From: an uncultured Lentisphaeraceae bacterium
GTDB taxonomy: Bacteria > Verrucomicrobiota > Kiritimatiellia > RFP12 > DVOR01
DNA: 64,000 bases
Assembly (NCBI GenBank): GCA_949289005.1
Contig: CASEMQ010000007.1
Coordinates: forward strand, 73,295-137,294
Direction: 5' to 3'
Shown here: positions 18,771-28,512 of the stretch, piece by piece
Position numbering within the stretch: the stretch's first letter is position 1
How the letters are laid out: each line of letters starts with the position of its first letter
Notes under the pieces: model-generated
Seen by the model: only the letters and a program-made list of their open reading frames with translations
Databases searched by the model: none
Told to the model about the DNA's origin: nothing
Made by a program: the position numbers and the translations under genes

Positions 18771-20048
18771 ATGCCGAACACCGTGTTGATTGGGTCGCAA
18801 TGGGGCGACGAAGGCAAAGGTAAGATCATTGACGTGCTGACTGCGCAGGCGGATTTGATCGTGCGCTACCAGGGCGGTTCGAACGCTGGGCACACGGTCA
18901 TCGCCGAGGGCGAAAAGCGCGTGTTGCGCCTGGTGCCCTCGGGGATTTTGCATGAAGGCAAGACCTGTGTCATCGGCAACGGCGTGGTGATGAACCCGCT
19001 GGACTTGATCGAGGAGATCGAGATGCTCCGCAAGACGGGCATCGAGTGCCGCGGGCGCCTCTTCATCTCGACGCGTGCGCACATGGTCATGCTCTACCAT
19101 CGGGCGTTGGATCGCGCGGACGAGGCGGCGCGCCCGGAGGGCAAGAAGATCGGCACCACGGGTCGTGGCATCGGCCCGGCCTACGCGGCCAAAGTCTCGC
19201 GCTCGGGCTTGCGTTGCGGCGATATGCTCCTGCCGGAGTTCCCCGACTTGGTGCGCGAGCAGGTCGAGGAAACCAACCGCAAGCTGGCCATCCTGAACGC
19301 GGCCCCGCTCGATGCGGAGGAGATGGTGCGTACGTATATCGAGGCCGCCGAGCGTCTGCGCCCCTACATCGTGGACACCATCCCTCTCATCCACGCGGCG
19401 GACCGCGCCGGGAAGTCCATCCTCCTGGAAGGCGCGCAGGGCACCATGCTGGACATCGACTTTGGCACCTATCCCTTTGTGACCTCCTCCAATCCCACCT
19501 CCGGCGGCGCCTGCGTGGGCTCCGGGTTGAGCCCGCGCCGGATCGACCGCGTGGTCGGCGTCATCAAGGCCTATACCACGCGCGTGGGCGAGGGCCCCTT
19601 CCCCACGGAGGACTTTGGCGAGATCGGGCGCACGTTGGCCGAGCGCGGCCATGAGTTTGGCGCCGTCACCGGTCGCCCGCGTCGCTGCGGCTGGTTCGAT
19701 GCCGTGGTCGCGCGCTACGCGCAGATGGTCAATGGCGTCGACTTCTGGGCACTCACCAAGCTGGACGTGATGGACACCCTGCCCGAAATCAAGATTTGCG
19801 TGGCCTACGAGCTGGACGGCAAACGGATTGAGGATATGCCCGCCTCCGCCGGCCAACTCGCCCGTTGCAAGCCTATCTATGAGACTATGCCGGGCTGGCT
19901 GGAGGAGACGAGCCACATCACCGACCTTGCGCAACTGCCCCTCAAGGCCAAGGCCTACGTCGAGCGGCTCATCCAACTCTCCGGCGGCCGCTTGGGCATT
20001 CTCTCCATCGGCCCTGCCCGCGAATCCACCCTTCGCGTGGGTATCTGA
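18771..20048 (+). CDS. purA: Adenylosuccinate synthetase
   Basis: Internal ATG at 18771 with SD aaaagga; QWGDEGKGK P-loop, GTTGRGIGP; 425 aa. Confidence 0.85.
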   Translation: MPNTVLIGSQWGDEGKGKIIDVLTAQADLIVRYQGGSNAGHTVIAEGEKRVLRLVPSGILHEGKTCVIGNGVVMNPLDLIEEIEMLRKTGIECRGRLFISTRAHMVMLYHRALDRADEAARPEGKKIGTTGRGIGPAYAAKVSRSGLRCGDMLLPEFPDLVREQVEETNRKLAILNAAPLDAEEMVRTYIEAAERLRPYIVDTIPLIHAADRAGKSILLEGAQGTMLDIDFGTYPFVTSSNPTSGGACVGSGLSPRRIDRVVGVIKAYTTRVGEGPFPTEDFGEIGRTLAERGHEFGAVTGRPRRCGWFDAVVARYAQMVNGVDFWALTKLDVMDTLPEIKICVAYELDGKRIEDMPASAGQLARCKPIYETMPGWLEETSHITDLAQLPLKAKAYVERLIQLSGGRLGILSIGPARESTLRVGI

Positions 20049-20050
20049 CG

Positions 20051-20761
20051 GTGCGCCACCTCGCCATCATCATGGACGGCAACGGCCGCTGGGCGCAAGC
20101 CCGCGGCCTTCCCCGCGCCGAGGGACACCGTGCCGGCGGCAAGACCGTGCGGCGCGTCCTTGGCTACTGCCGCGATGCCGACATCCGTTACCTCACGCTT
20201 TACGCCTTCTCCGTCGAGAACTGGAAACGCCCCAAGGACGAGGTGGCGGCGCTCATGCATCTGCTCGTGGACTACCTCGCCCACGAGGAGCCCATGCTCC
20301 ACGAGCACCGCGTCCGCCTGCGCATCATGGGGCGGCGTGAGGATTTGCCACCTGAGGTCGACGCGGCGCTGACGCGCGTGGAGCGCGCCACCGCCGCCTA
20401 CGAGCGCCAGCTCATCCTCTGCCTCAGTTATGGCGGCCGCACTGAAATCGCCCACGCCGCGCGTGAACTCGCCCGCCTCGCCGCCAAAGGCGAACTCGAC
20501 CCCGAGTCCATCGACGAGGATGCCATCGCCCGCCATCTTTACCTGCCCGACGTGCCCGATCCCGACCTTATCATCCGTACCAGCGGCGAACTCCGCCTCA
20601 GCAACTTCCTTCTTTGGCAGGCCAGCTACGCCGAGCTCTACGTCACCCCGACACTCTGGCCCGACTTTGGCGAGGCCGACTTCAAGGCCGCCCTCGACGC
20701 CTTTGCCCGGCGCGACCGCCGCTACGGCGGCATCTCCGCGACCCCGTCGCCCCAGTCTTGA
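20051..20761 (+). CDS. uppS: Isoprenyl transferase (undecaprenyl-diphosphate synthase)
   Basis: GTG start; HLAIIMDGNGRWA, NWKRP, RTSGE-RLSNFLLWQ motifs. Confidence 0.8.
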   Translation: MRHLAIIMDGNGRWAQARGLPRAEGHRAGGKTVRRVLGYCRDADIRYLTLYAFSVENWKRPKDEVAALMHLLVDYLAHEEPMLHEHRVRLRIMGRREDLPPEVDAALTRVERATAAYERQLILCLSYGGRTEIAHAARELARLAAKGELDPESIDEDAIARHLYLPDVPDPDLIIRTSGELRLSNFLLWQASYAELYVTPTLWPDFGEADFKAALDAFARRDRRYGGISATPSPQS

Positions 20762-20763
20762 CC

Positions 20764-20844
20764 GACCGTGGTGTCGCCCCTACACGCAAAAGCCCCGGCG
20801 CTTTTCGGAAGGCCGGGGCTTTTGCGTGTAGGGGCGACGGTCAA
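20764..20844. terminator. Long imperfect inverted repeat (stem about 26 bp) between convergent uppS and the minus-strand hypothetical gene; bidirectional terminator-like
   Basis: cgcccctacacgcaaaagccccggc-gcttttcggaa-gccggggcttttgcgtgtaggggcg. Confidence 0.55.
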
Positions 20845-20863
20845 ATCATGGCGGGCAGCTTGT

Positions 20864-21454
20864 TCACCGTTCACCGTTTTCTGCTTTTAGTTCGCCGGGC
20901 TCGACTTGGATGGGCGTGGATTCGTTGAGGAGGGCGCGGAGGGTGAGGATGGCCCAAGCGGTGGGTTCGGGGGCGCCCCAGTGGCCGCCCCGGGCAGAGA
21001 TGCGTTGGCTGTCGATCAAGGCCAGGGCCAGGCGTTCGCGCCAATCGGCGGGGGGAGGGGGCTCGGCGGCGGGCAGGTCGCGTTGGAGCGCGAAGAGCGT
21101 CTTGGGGTCGGGCTTTTGCGCGAGGGTTGCGGTGAGGTTGGTGAGCGCGGCGGGGGCGACGGGGCCGGGAAGCGTCTCGCCCAGCGGCGTCACATGGCAC
21201 CGCGGCAGACGGAAGGTCTCGCCGGGCTTGGCGAGCGCGTAGCGGCGCAGAAGCACCTGTGCGAGGTCGTTGGTGGCGGGCGGCTGCACGGCCAGCCAGC
21301 GCTGGGCGCGGTCGATGGCGTTGTCGGCCTCCTGCGCGATGGAGAGCGGCAGGCGCCCCTCGGTCGCCACGCGGAAGACGCCGCCCTGGGCGTGGCACGG
21401 CAACGCGCCCGGCAGGAACGAGAGTGTGAGAACCGCAAGGAGGAGAGGGCGCAT
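20864..21454 (-). CDS. Hypothetical secreted protein
   Basis: 196 aa with N-terminal signal peptide MRPLLLAVLTLSFLPGALPCHAQ; no confident family assignment. Confidence 0.4.
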   Translation of the reverse strand: MRPLLLAVLTLSFLPGALPCHAQGGVFRVATEGRLPLSIAQEADNAIDRAQRWLAVQPPATNDLAQVLLRRYALAKPGETFRLPRCHVTPLGETLPGPVAPAALTNLTATLAQKPDPKTLFALQRDLPAAEPPPPADWRERLALALIDSQRISARGGHWGAPEPTAWAILTLRALLNESTPIQVEPGELKAENGER

Positions 21455-21472
21455 GAGGGGGCCTTTCGGTGG

Positions 21473-23404
21473 TCAGTAGAGGCCGTAGCGTTTGGTGACG
21501 AGGTCGTTGGGGATTTGTTTGATGAAGCGGGAGGGGAAGAGGTATTGCACGCCTTCCTTGCCGGGGACGCGGCGCGAGGCGGGCACGCAGAGGAGGAGGT
21601 CTTGCTTGGCGCGGGTGAGGGCGACGTAGAAGAGGCGGCGTTCCTCGCCGGCCAGGTCTTCCATGATGGCGCGGGCGGAGGGGAAGTAGTCTTCGTTGCA
21701 CCAGATGATGATGACGACGGGCCATTCGAGGCCCTTCGCCTGGTGGACGGTGGAGAGGCGGACGCCGGGGCGGTCGGCGAGGGCTTGGGCGTTTTCGGCC
21801 TCGAGGTTGGTCATGAGGGCGACCTCGTTGAGGAACTCGGGGACGGATTGGCCTTTGCGGAACTGGGCGGCGAGCGCGGCGAGGTCTTCGGCGCGGTCTT
21901 CGGCGTTGTCGTAGGTGCGTTGGAGGTAGGCGTTGTACCAGCCTTCGAGGAAGAGGGTGACGGCGCGGTTCCCGTTTTCCGCGAGCCCTTCGTCGCGGTA
22001 GCGCGCGAGGAGGCCATCGAGGGCGCGCCAGTCGTCTTGCGCTTTTTTGGGGATGCGTGCGGCGAGGCCGAGGCGGTCGGTTTCGCGCGCGGGGTCGAAG
22101 GTGCCGCCGAGTTGGGCCCAGATGCGCTCGGCGGTTTTTGGGCCGACGCCGGGCAGGAGCCCCAGGACGCGTTGGAGGGAGAAGAAGTCTGCCAGGCCGG
22201 AGCAGAGGCGCAGGAAGGCGACGGCATCCTTCACGTGGGCGCTCTCGAAGAGGCCTTGCCCAGAGGTGAGTGTGTAGGGCACGCGCAGGCGGCGCAGGTC
22301 GAGTTCCAGCTCCATGGCGTGGAAGTGCGCGCGGTAGAGCACGGCGATGTCCTCGGGGCGGTAACCGGATTGGAGCGCGCGCTGGATATGGCGGATGACC
22401 ATCTGGTTTTGCTCGGCGGCATCGCGCAGGAAGGCGACGAGTGGCTTGCGCCCGGCGGGGGGCAGGGTGGGCAGGAGGGTCTTTTGGAACTGCTCGGGGT
22501 TGTTTGCGATGGTGGCGTTGGCGATGGCCAGGATTTCTGGGGCGGAGCGGTAGTTGCGCTCCAGCTTGACGATGCGGCAGCCAGGCCAACGCTCGGGGAA
22601 GCCCATGATGTTGCGGAAGTCCGCCCCGCGCCATGAGTAAATGCATTGGAAATCGTCGCCCACCGCCATGAGGTTGCGGTGGTGCGAGGCCAGGGCGTCC
22701 ACCAATTGCGCTTGGATGGTGTTGGTGTCTTGGTATTCGTCCACCAAGACGTGGCGGAAGCGGTGCGCGTAGCGCGCCAAGGTTTCGGGATGTTCGCGGA
22801 AGAGGCGCAGGGTGAAGGTGAGCAGGTCATCGAAGTCCAGCGCGTTGGCCGCTTCTTTCAGCGCGGCGTAGCGCCCGGCCACCTCCAAGACCTTGTCGGG
22901 GTCCACCGCCTCCTCGAAGGCGATATTCTCGGCCAATTGCCGCAGGTTGCCCTCCGTGTTGGCCGCTTTGCCGATAAGCGAGGCCAGGACTTCCTTTTTG
23001 GGGAAATGGCGCGTGTCGGCGACCACTTCCTTGAGCGCGCGGTTCAGCAGACTCAGCGCGTCCGCCCGGTCCAGGATCGTGAACGAGGGGGTTCGCCCCG
23101 CCTCCCGCGCGTTTTGCCGCAGGATACGGTGGCAGACGTGGTGGAAGGTGCCCGACCACAACGTGCCGATCGCCGGCCCCACCAACGCCTCCGCCCGCTC
23201 CAGCATTTCCCGCGCCGCGCGGTTGGTGAAGGTCAGCAGCAGGATGTCCCGCGGGTCCACGCCCTGCTCCATCAGCCACGCCACGCGGTGGGTGAGCGTC
23301 CGAGTCTTGCCCGTGCCCGCCGCCGCCAGGACCAAGACCGGCCCATCGGGCGCCGTCACGGCCTCCAGCTGCTCCGGATTCAACAATGCCGCCCAATCCG
23401 TCAT
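21473..23404 (-). CDS. ATP-dependent DNA helicase, UvrD/PcrA/Rep family
   Basis: 643 aa; Walker A AAAGTGKT, DEYQDTN, UvrD-like helicase motifs throughout. Confidence 0.8.
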   Translation of the reverse strand: MTDWAALLNPEQLEAVTAPDGPVLVLAAAGTGKTRTLTHRVAWLMEQGVDPRDILLLTFTNRAAREMLERAEALVGPAIGTLWSGTFHHVCHRILRQNAREAGRTPSFTILDRADALSLLNRALKEVVADTRHFPKKEVLASLIGKAANTEGNLRQLAENIAFEEAVDPDKVLEVAGRYAALKEAANALDFDDLLTFTLRLFREHPETLARYAHRFRHVLVDEYQDTNTIQAQLVDALASHHRNLMAVGDDFQCIYSWRGADFRNIMGFPERWPGCRIVKLERNYRSAPEILAIANATIANNPEQFQKTLLPTLPPAGRKPLVAFLRDAAEQNQMVIRHIQRALQSGYRPEDIAVLYRAHFHAMELELDLRRLRVPYTLTSGQGLFESAHVKDAVAFLRLCSGLADFFSLQRVLGLLPGVGPKTAERIWAQLGGTFDPARETDRLGLAARIPKKAQDDWRALDGLLARYRDEGLAENGNRAVTLFLEGWYNAYLQRTYDNAEDRAEDLAALAAQFRKGQSVPEFLNEVALMTNLEAENAQALADRPGVRLSTVHQAKGLEWPVVIIIWCNEDYFPSARAIMEDLAGEERRLFYVALTRAKQDLLLCVPASRRVPGKEGVQYLFPSRFIKQIPNDLVTKRYGLY

Positions 23405-23426
23405 TGCCGTCTGATCCCCTTCGCGT

Positions 23427-24413
23427 TCACGCGTTCATGTACCCGGCGGCCGGCCCTTCGCGGAAATAGGCCACCGTTCGCGACAAGCCTTCGCGCAGAT
23501 GCACCCGAGGCTCCCAACCCAGACAATCCCGCGCCCACGCGATGTCCGGTCGGCGCCGGTGCGGGTCGTCCTTCGGCAAGGGACGCGACACGATGCCGCC
23601 GCCGGAGGGCACCAGGCGCAGCACCTCGTCCGCCAATTCCCGCACCGTGATTTCCTCGGGATTGCCCAAGTTCAACACCGGCAACGCCATGCCTTTCGCC
23701 GCGAAAAAGGCGTCTACCTCCGCCCGCGGCTTTGCCACGTAGGCCATGAATCCCGCCAACAAATCGTCCACGAATTGAAAGCCGCGCGTTTGTCGCCCTT
23801 CCCCATAGAGCGTCAGCGCCTCCCCGTGGAGCGCCTGCATGATGAAGTTCGAGACCACCCGGCCATCCGCCGGGTCCATGAACGGCCCATAGGTGTTGAA
23901 GATACGTGCCACGCGCACGTCCACGCCCCACGCCCGCCGCGCTTCCATCGCCAACGTCTCCGCCACGCGCTTCCCCTCGTCGTAGCAACTGCGCGGCCCC
24001 AAGGGATTCACGTGCCCCCAATACGTCTCTGTCTGCGGATGCATTAATGGGTCGCCATAAATCTCGCTCGTCGAGGCATGCACCACCCGTGCGCCGCACC
24101 GTCGCGCCAACGCCAACACTTGCCGCATCCCATCGATGGACGTCGTAAGCGTGAACACCGGGTCACGCTGATACCGCGGCGGCGAGGCCGGGCACGCCAG
24201 GTTGAACACCCAGTCGTACCGCCCCGCGATCGGCTCGCGCACATCCCCCTCAATCAGACGCACGTCCATCCCGGCCATGTTCGCGCGCCGCCCAGACCAA
24301 AAGTTGTCCAACACCGTGACCGAATGGCCCGCGGCGACCAAACGCCGCGCCAAGTTCGCCCCGATAAATCCGGCCCCGCCGGCAATCAACACCTCTGCCA
24401 TAACGTGCACCAT
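23427..24413 (-). CDS. NAD-dependent epimerase/dehydratase (UDP-glucuronate decarboxylase / UDP-xylose synthase-like)
   Basis: Rossmann motif GGAGFIGANL; YDEGKR catalytic motif; start taken at ATG 24413 (alternative 24401). Confidence 0.65.
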   Translation of the reverse strand: MVHVMAEVLIAGGAGFIGANLARRLVAAGHSVTVLDNFWSGRRANMAGMDVRLIEGDVREPIAGRYDWVFNLACPASPPRYQRDPVFTLTTSIDGMRQVLALARRCGARVVHASTSEIYGDPLMHPQTETYWGHVNPLGPRSCYDEGKRVAETLAMEARRAWGVDVRVARIFNTYGPFMDPADGRVVSNFIMQALHGEALTLYGEGRQTRGFQFVDDLLAGFMAYVAKPRAEVDAFFAAKGMALPVLNLGNPEEITVRELADEVLRLVPSGGGIVSRPLPKDDPHRRRPDIAWARDCLGWEPRVHLREGLSRTVAYFREGPAAGYMNA

Positions 24414-24598
24414 TCTACCAAACCCAGCCCCCACGCGCCGCCTCCTTGTCGAAGGGGCCCGGACTGCCCGAAGCGCAATTTCTCCCGGATACGCTTGGGC
24501 GTGGGGTGGGGTTGGTGGCGAAAGGCGCGAAGATGTGCTATCTTTTTGTGCGTTGGGCACGGAAGCGTCCGTGCCCGCGGGATAAATGGGAGATGATT

Positions 24599-25537
24599 AT
24601 GGCAACGGAAGCGAACGCGGTTTATCTGAGCGGCTTTTTCTCAGAGGCGGATATTGCCTTTGACCAGACGGTGCCTTCGGCCTACAACATGGTGTACGCA
24701 TTGGTGGAGCGGGTGGTGGCCAACCATTTGCCCGGCGTGCAGGCAGAGAAAATCGTGGACGCGGTGTTGCGGCGCGAACGGTTGTCGCCGACGGTGGTGG
24801 GCGAGGGCGTGGCGTTGCCGCATGCGCGCATCGAAGGCATCGAGCGGCCGTATATGGCGCTGGGCATCTATCCCTCGGGTATTCCCGCGCCTGAGGGGGG
24901 CAAGCCCGTGCAACTGGTCTTCCTGCTCTTGGTTCCCGAGCAACAGCCCGCGCGCTACCTTCAGATTTTGCGGGCGTTGGCCAATCTGTTGCGTGAGCCC
25001 GGGACCGTGGAGCGCTTGGCGACCATGCGCGATGCCGCGGAGGTGATGCGTTTCCTGCGGCGCAGCGAGATGAAGTTGCCGGATTATATCTGCGCGGGCG
25101 ACTTGATGAGTGTGGAGACGGACGCGGTGCGCGCGGATGCGCCGCTCTCGACCGCGCTGGATGCCTTCATGGATCTGAACAAGGTGGAGCTGCCGATTGT
25201 GGATGAGGAGGGGCATTTGGTGGGCGCGGTGGACACGCACGCCTTGCTGGGGTGTTTCATCCCCAAAGGGTTCCGCAAACTCTTCCCCACACTCCAGGCA
25301 ACCCCCGCCAACACGATGGAGCCGCTGGCCGAACGTCTGCGCGAGACGCATCGCATCCGTGTGCGCGAGGCCATGAACATCGATGTCTGCACCTGCTTGG
25401 TGGACACGCCCGCGCGCGAGATTGCCGCCGACTTGGCCGAGCGCAACGCGGTGAAGTGCTATGTGGTGGACAAGGCCGGCGTGCTCGTCGGGGTGATCCC
25501 GCTGGCGCAGTTCTTCCGTCGTATCCTGCGCGATTGA
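24599..25537 (+). CDS. PTS EIIA(Ntr)-type (EIIA-2) domain protein fused to a CBS-domain pair
   Basis: N-terminal ~150 aa with EIIA-2 features (VALPHARIEG active-site-His region); C-terminal two CBS-like modules; encoded immediately upstream of the ClC gene. Confidence 0.55.
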   Translation: MATEANAVYLSGFFSEADIAFDQTVPSAYNMVYALVERVVANHLPGVQAEKIVDAVLRRERLSPTVVGEGVALPHARIEGIERPYMALGIYPSGIPAPEGGKPVQLVFLLLVPEQQPARYLQILRALANLLREPGTVERLATMRDAAEVMRFLRRSEMKLPDYICAGDLMSVETDAVRADAPLSTALDAFMDLNKVELPIVDEEGHLVGAVDTHALLGCFIPKGFRKLFPTLQATPANTMEPLAERLRETHRIRVREAMNIDVCTCLVDTPAREIAADLAERNAVKCYVVDKAGVLVGVIPLAQFFRRILRD

Positions 25538-25561
25538 GCCGCTTCCCCGCGACGCACGGCC

Positions 25562-27109
25562 ATGCCTAGCCGCCCCCATCTTCCGCCGGTGAGCGACCTC
25601 CTGCACGGGAGCCGCCAGTCGTGGCGGTGGTTTCGCTTTTGGATGCCGGCGGAGGGCGAGACGCTGCGCATGGGGCGCATTGTCTGCATTTGCGCGGCGG
25701 TCGGGGTGTTGGCGGGGCTGATGGCCATTTGGTTCTTCTCGATGATTGAATGGGTGCGTGTCTACGCGCTGGAAGGGCTCGGGCGGATCACCCTCCCCGC
25801 GGCGGCGGGCGAAATCGCGATTGCCCATACGCCCGAATTGCGCTATACCCTCCTGGAGCGCATCCACCCTGCGCTCGCCACGTCCTTCGCGGGGTTTGTC
25901 CGCCTGCTCTTGCCGGCCGTGGGTGCGCTCTTGGCCTGCCTGCTGGCGCGGCGGTTCGCGCCTTCGGCGGGCGGGCACGGCACGGACACCGTCATCGCGG
26001 CTTATCACCACAGCGCCACCAACATTCCCGTGGCCGTCGCGCCCGTCAAGGTCTTGGCCTCCAGCCTCGTCATCGGCACCGGGGGAAGTGCGGGCGCGGA
26101 GGGCCCCATCACGCAAATCGGCGCGGCGTGCGGCGCCTTCGTGGGGCGTACGCTCCATCTGTCGCTCTACGAACGGCGCGTGCTTTTGGCTGCCGGCATG
26201 GCTGCCGGCATCGGTGCCATCTTCCGTGCGCCGATGGCCGGTGCGCTTTTCTCGGCCGAGGTGCTCTATCGCGGCTTCGATTTGGAAGGCGACGTGCTCA
26301 TCCCCTCGATGGTCGCCTCCACCATCTCGTACATGACCTTTGCCTGTGTTTTTGGGTGGGAACCGCTCTTCAGCACGCCCCATGAACTCTTCGCAGCCCC
26401 GCCCCGTTTCGTGTGCTACACCTGCCTGGCCTTCCTCATCGCCGCCGCCGTCCGCTTCAATATCCTCTTCTTCAGGCAGACCGAGATCGTTTTCCGCCGG
26501 CTCGCCTTGCCCCCGTGGTCCAAGCCCGCCATCGGCGGCCTGCTCGTGGGCGCCATTGGTCTCTGCTTTCCGCAAATCCTCTCCTCGGGCTACGGCTACA
26601 TCCAGCAGACACTTCAGGCCAACGCCGAAGTCCTCGCCTCCCCCGCCTTTCTTCCCAACGCCATCCTCGTGCTCTTCGCGCTCGGCGCGCTCAAGGCCGT
26701 CGCCACCGCCTTTACCGTGGGTAGCGGAGGCGCGGGCGGCATGCTCGGCCCCGCGCTCTTCAGCGGCGCGATGTATGGCGCGGGCTGTGGCGCGCTCTTC
26801 GCCACACTCTTTCCCGGGCTGGGCCTTTCGCTTTCCAACTGCGCCATGCTCGGCATGGCCGGCTATCTCACCGCCGCCGTCCGCACGCCTTTGGCAGCCA
26901 TCCTCATGGTCAGCGAGTTCACGGGCAACCACGGGCTCCTTCTTCCGGCCATGTGGGTCTGCGGGCTCTCCTTCCTCCTTTCCCCCGGCTGGACGCTCTA
27001 CCGCAGCCAAGTCCGCGACCGCGACTCCTCCCCTGCCCATCTCCGCCGCCACGCCTCCCTTCGCCACGATGTCTCCGTCCACGTCAAGCGCCGCAAGCGC
27101 CGCCGCTGA
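25562..27109 (+). CDS. ClC family chloride channel / H+-Cl- antiporter
   Basis: Multi-TM; ClC selectivity-filter-like motifs GTGGSAGAEGP and GIFRAPMAGALF; no C-terminal CBS domains. The start could be the internal ATG at 25670. Confidence 0.7.
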   Translation: MPSRPHLPPVSDLLHGSRQSWRWFRFWMPAEGETLRMGRIVCICAAVGVLAGLMAIWFFSMIEWVRVYALEGLGRITLPAAAGEIAIAHTPELRYTLLERIHPALATSFAGFVRLLLPAVGALLACLLARRFAPSAGGHGTDTVIAAYHHSATNIPVAVAPVKVLASSLVIGTGGSAGAEGPITQIGAACGAFVGRTLHLSLYERRVLLAAGMAAGIGAIFRAPMAGALFSAEVLYRGFDLEGDVLIPSMVASTISYMTFACVFGWEPLFSTPHELFAAPPRFVCYTCLAFLIAAAVRFNILFFRQTEIVFRRLALPPWSKPAIGGLLVGAIGLCFPQILSSGYGYIQQTLQANAEVLASPAFLPNAILVLFALGALKAVATAFTVGSGGAGGMLGPALFSGAMYGAGCGALFATLFPGLGLSLSNCAMLGMAGYLTAAVRTPLAAILMVSEFTGNHGLLLPAMWVCGLSFLLSPGWTLYRSQVRDRDSSPAHLRRHASLRHDVSVHVKRRKRRR

Positions 27110-27154
27110 GCCTGGAGCCCTCGCTTTATCCTTCTCCCTTGACACTGTAGGCCT

Positions 27155-28357
27155 ATGATTATGAACGACGAGACAGAGACATTGCCCGGTGAACTGTGCG
27201 AGGAAATCCGTGCGCGGGTTTTCGGGCCGGGTTTCATTCGCTTGACGCAGACGCTGACACGCGAGGGGCAACCCTTCCGGATTTCTCTGCGCCCCGTGCG
27301 CATCAAAGGACAGGAGCTCATCCAAGCGGAAATGCGCGATGGCACGCAGGCGCAGACACGCAACCTCACCGAGGGCCCCGCGCGCAAGGGATTGGAGCAG
27401 ATTCTGGCCCAACGCGGCAAGCGCGAGTTGCATCTTGTGACGACGGAGGGCGACCTGCACGTCCGCGTGACGAAGAAGGGCAGGCCGCTCGTCTCGCGCG
27501 GCAAGCCGAAGGCCACAGCCATGCCGGCACCTTCCGCCGGGCATGACCGCGTGAAGCGCCAGCCGCTGACCGACTTTGATTCCGCGCCGCTTCTGCGCGT
27601 CTTGGGGCTGGCGGCGGAGGATGGCGCCTTGCGTACCTCCATGCGCGGGAAGTACGACCAAGTGAACGCATTGATCCGTGCGGTGGAGCCGCTCTTGCCC
27701 GAGGCGCCGCCGCCGGCCTTCACGGTGGTGGACTGCGGATGCGGCAAGGCGTATCTGACCTTGGCGCTGCAACGGTTCCTCACGCTCGCAAAGGGGTGGC
27801 CCAAGGTGCGCGTGATCGGCATTGACCGCAATGCCGACGTTATCGCGAGCGCCCGTGCGCAGGCGGCGGCGTTGGGCTTGGGCGAGGACGAGGCGACCTT
27901 CCAGGCGGCGGAGATCGCCTCGGCGGATTGGCCGCAGGCACCCGACCTGGTGATGAGCCTCCATGCCTGCGACACAGCCACGGACGACGCGCTCATCGCG
28001 GCGGTGCGCACCGGCGCCGCGCGTATCCTCTGCGTGCCTTGCTGCCAACACGAACTCCACCACGCATTGGCGGGCGGCGGCCCCATGCGGGCGGTGCTGC
28101 GCCACGGCATCCTGCGCGAGCGCTTGGCGGATTTGCTCACCGACACCTTCCGCGCGCAGGTCTTGCGCATTTGCGGCTATCGCGCCCGCGTGATGGAGTT
28201 CGTCTCCCCCGAGGCCACGGGACGCAACATTCTCATCCGCGCCGAGCGCGGCGTGCGCCCGGGCCTGGGCGAGGCCGTCTCCGAGTTTCGTGAACTGTGC
28301 GACCTCTGGGGCGTCAAGCCCTACATCGGCCAACTGGTGCCATCCGATGAACAGTGA
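27155..28357 (+). CDS. Class I SAM-dependent methyltransferase
   Basis: SAM-binding motif VVDCGCGKAYLTLAL; about 400 aa; specificity unknown. Confidence 0.5.
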   Translation: MIMNDETETLPGELCEEIRARVFGPGFIRLTQTLTREGQPFRISLRPVRIKGQELIQAEMRDGTQAQTRNLTEGPARKGLEQILAQRGKRELHLVTTEGDLHVRVTKKGRPLVSRGKPKATAMPAPSAGHDRVKRQPLTDFDSAPLLRVLGLAAEDGALRTSMRGKYDQVNALIRAVEPLLPEAPPPAFTVVDCGCGKAYLTLALQRFLTLAKGWPKVRVIGIDRNADVIASARAQAAALGLGEDEATFQAAEIASADWPQAPDLVMSLHACDTATDDALIAAVRTGAARILCVPCCQHELHHALAGGGPMRAVLRHGILRERLADLLTDTFRAQVLRICGYRARVMEFVSPEATGRNILIRAERGVRPGLGEAVSEFRELCDLWGVKPYIGQLVPSDEQ

Positions 28358-28434
28358 ACCGCAATAAACAGTCGTCGGAACGCCCGGCAAGCGTGTGACA
28401 TTTTCCCGGACACCACTGCAACATCTCGGCGCGT

Positions 28435-28443
28435 TTGTTACAA
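28435..28443 (+). promoter_or_regulatory. Candidate extended -10 element TGTTACAAT upstream of metY
   Basis: Matches TGnTAnAAT. Related TTTGTTAYAAT-like boxes occur upstream of glnS (43215) and lacZ (about 37365). Confidence 0.3.
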
Positions 28444-28512
28444 TGGGCGCCGTTTTGCGGGTCGCGACGATTCGCGGGCGCGAGATGACCACAGCGAAAG
28501 GAGTTTTGCCAG

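Noticed and set aside
28358-28512. SAM riboswitch in the metY leader
   Set aside because: I looked for S-box or SAM-II hallmark helices and conserved tracts and found none by eye; only a promoter-like box and an SD. Undecided without cmscan, so not called.
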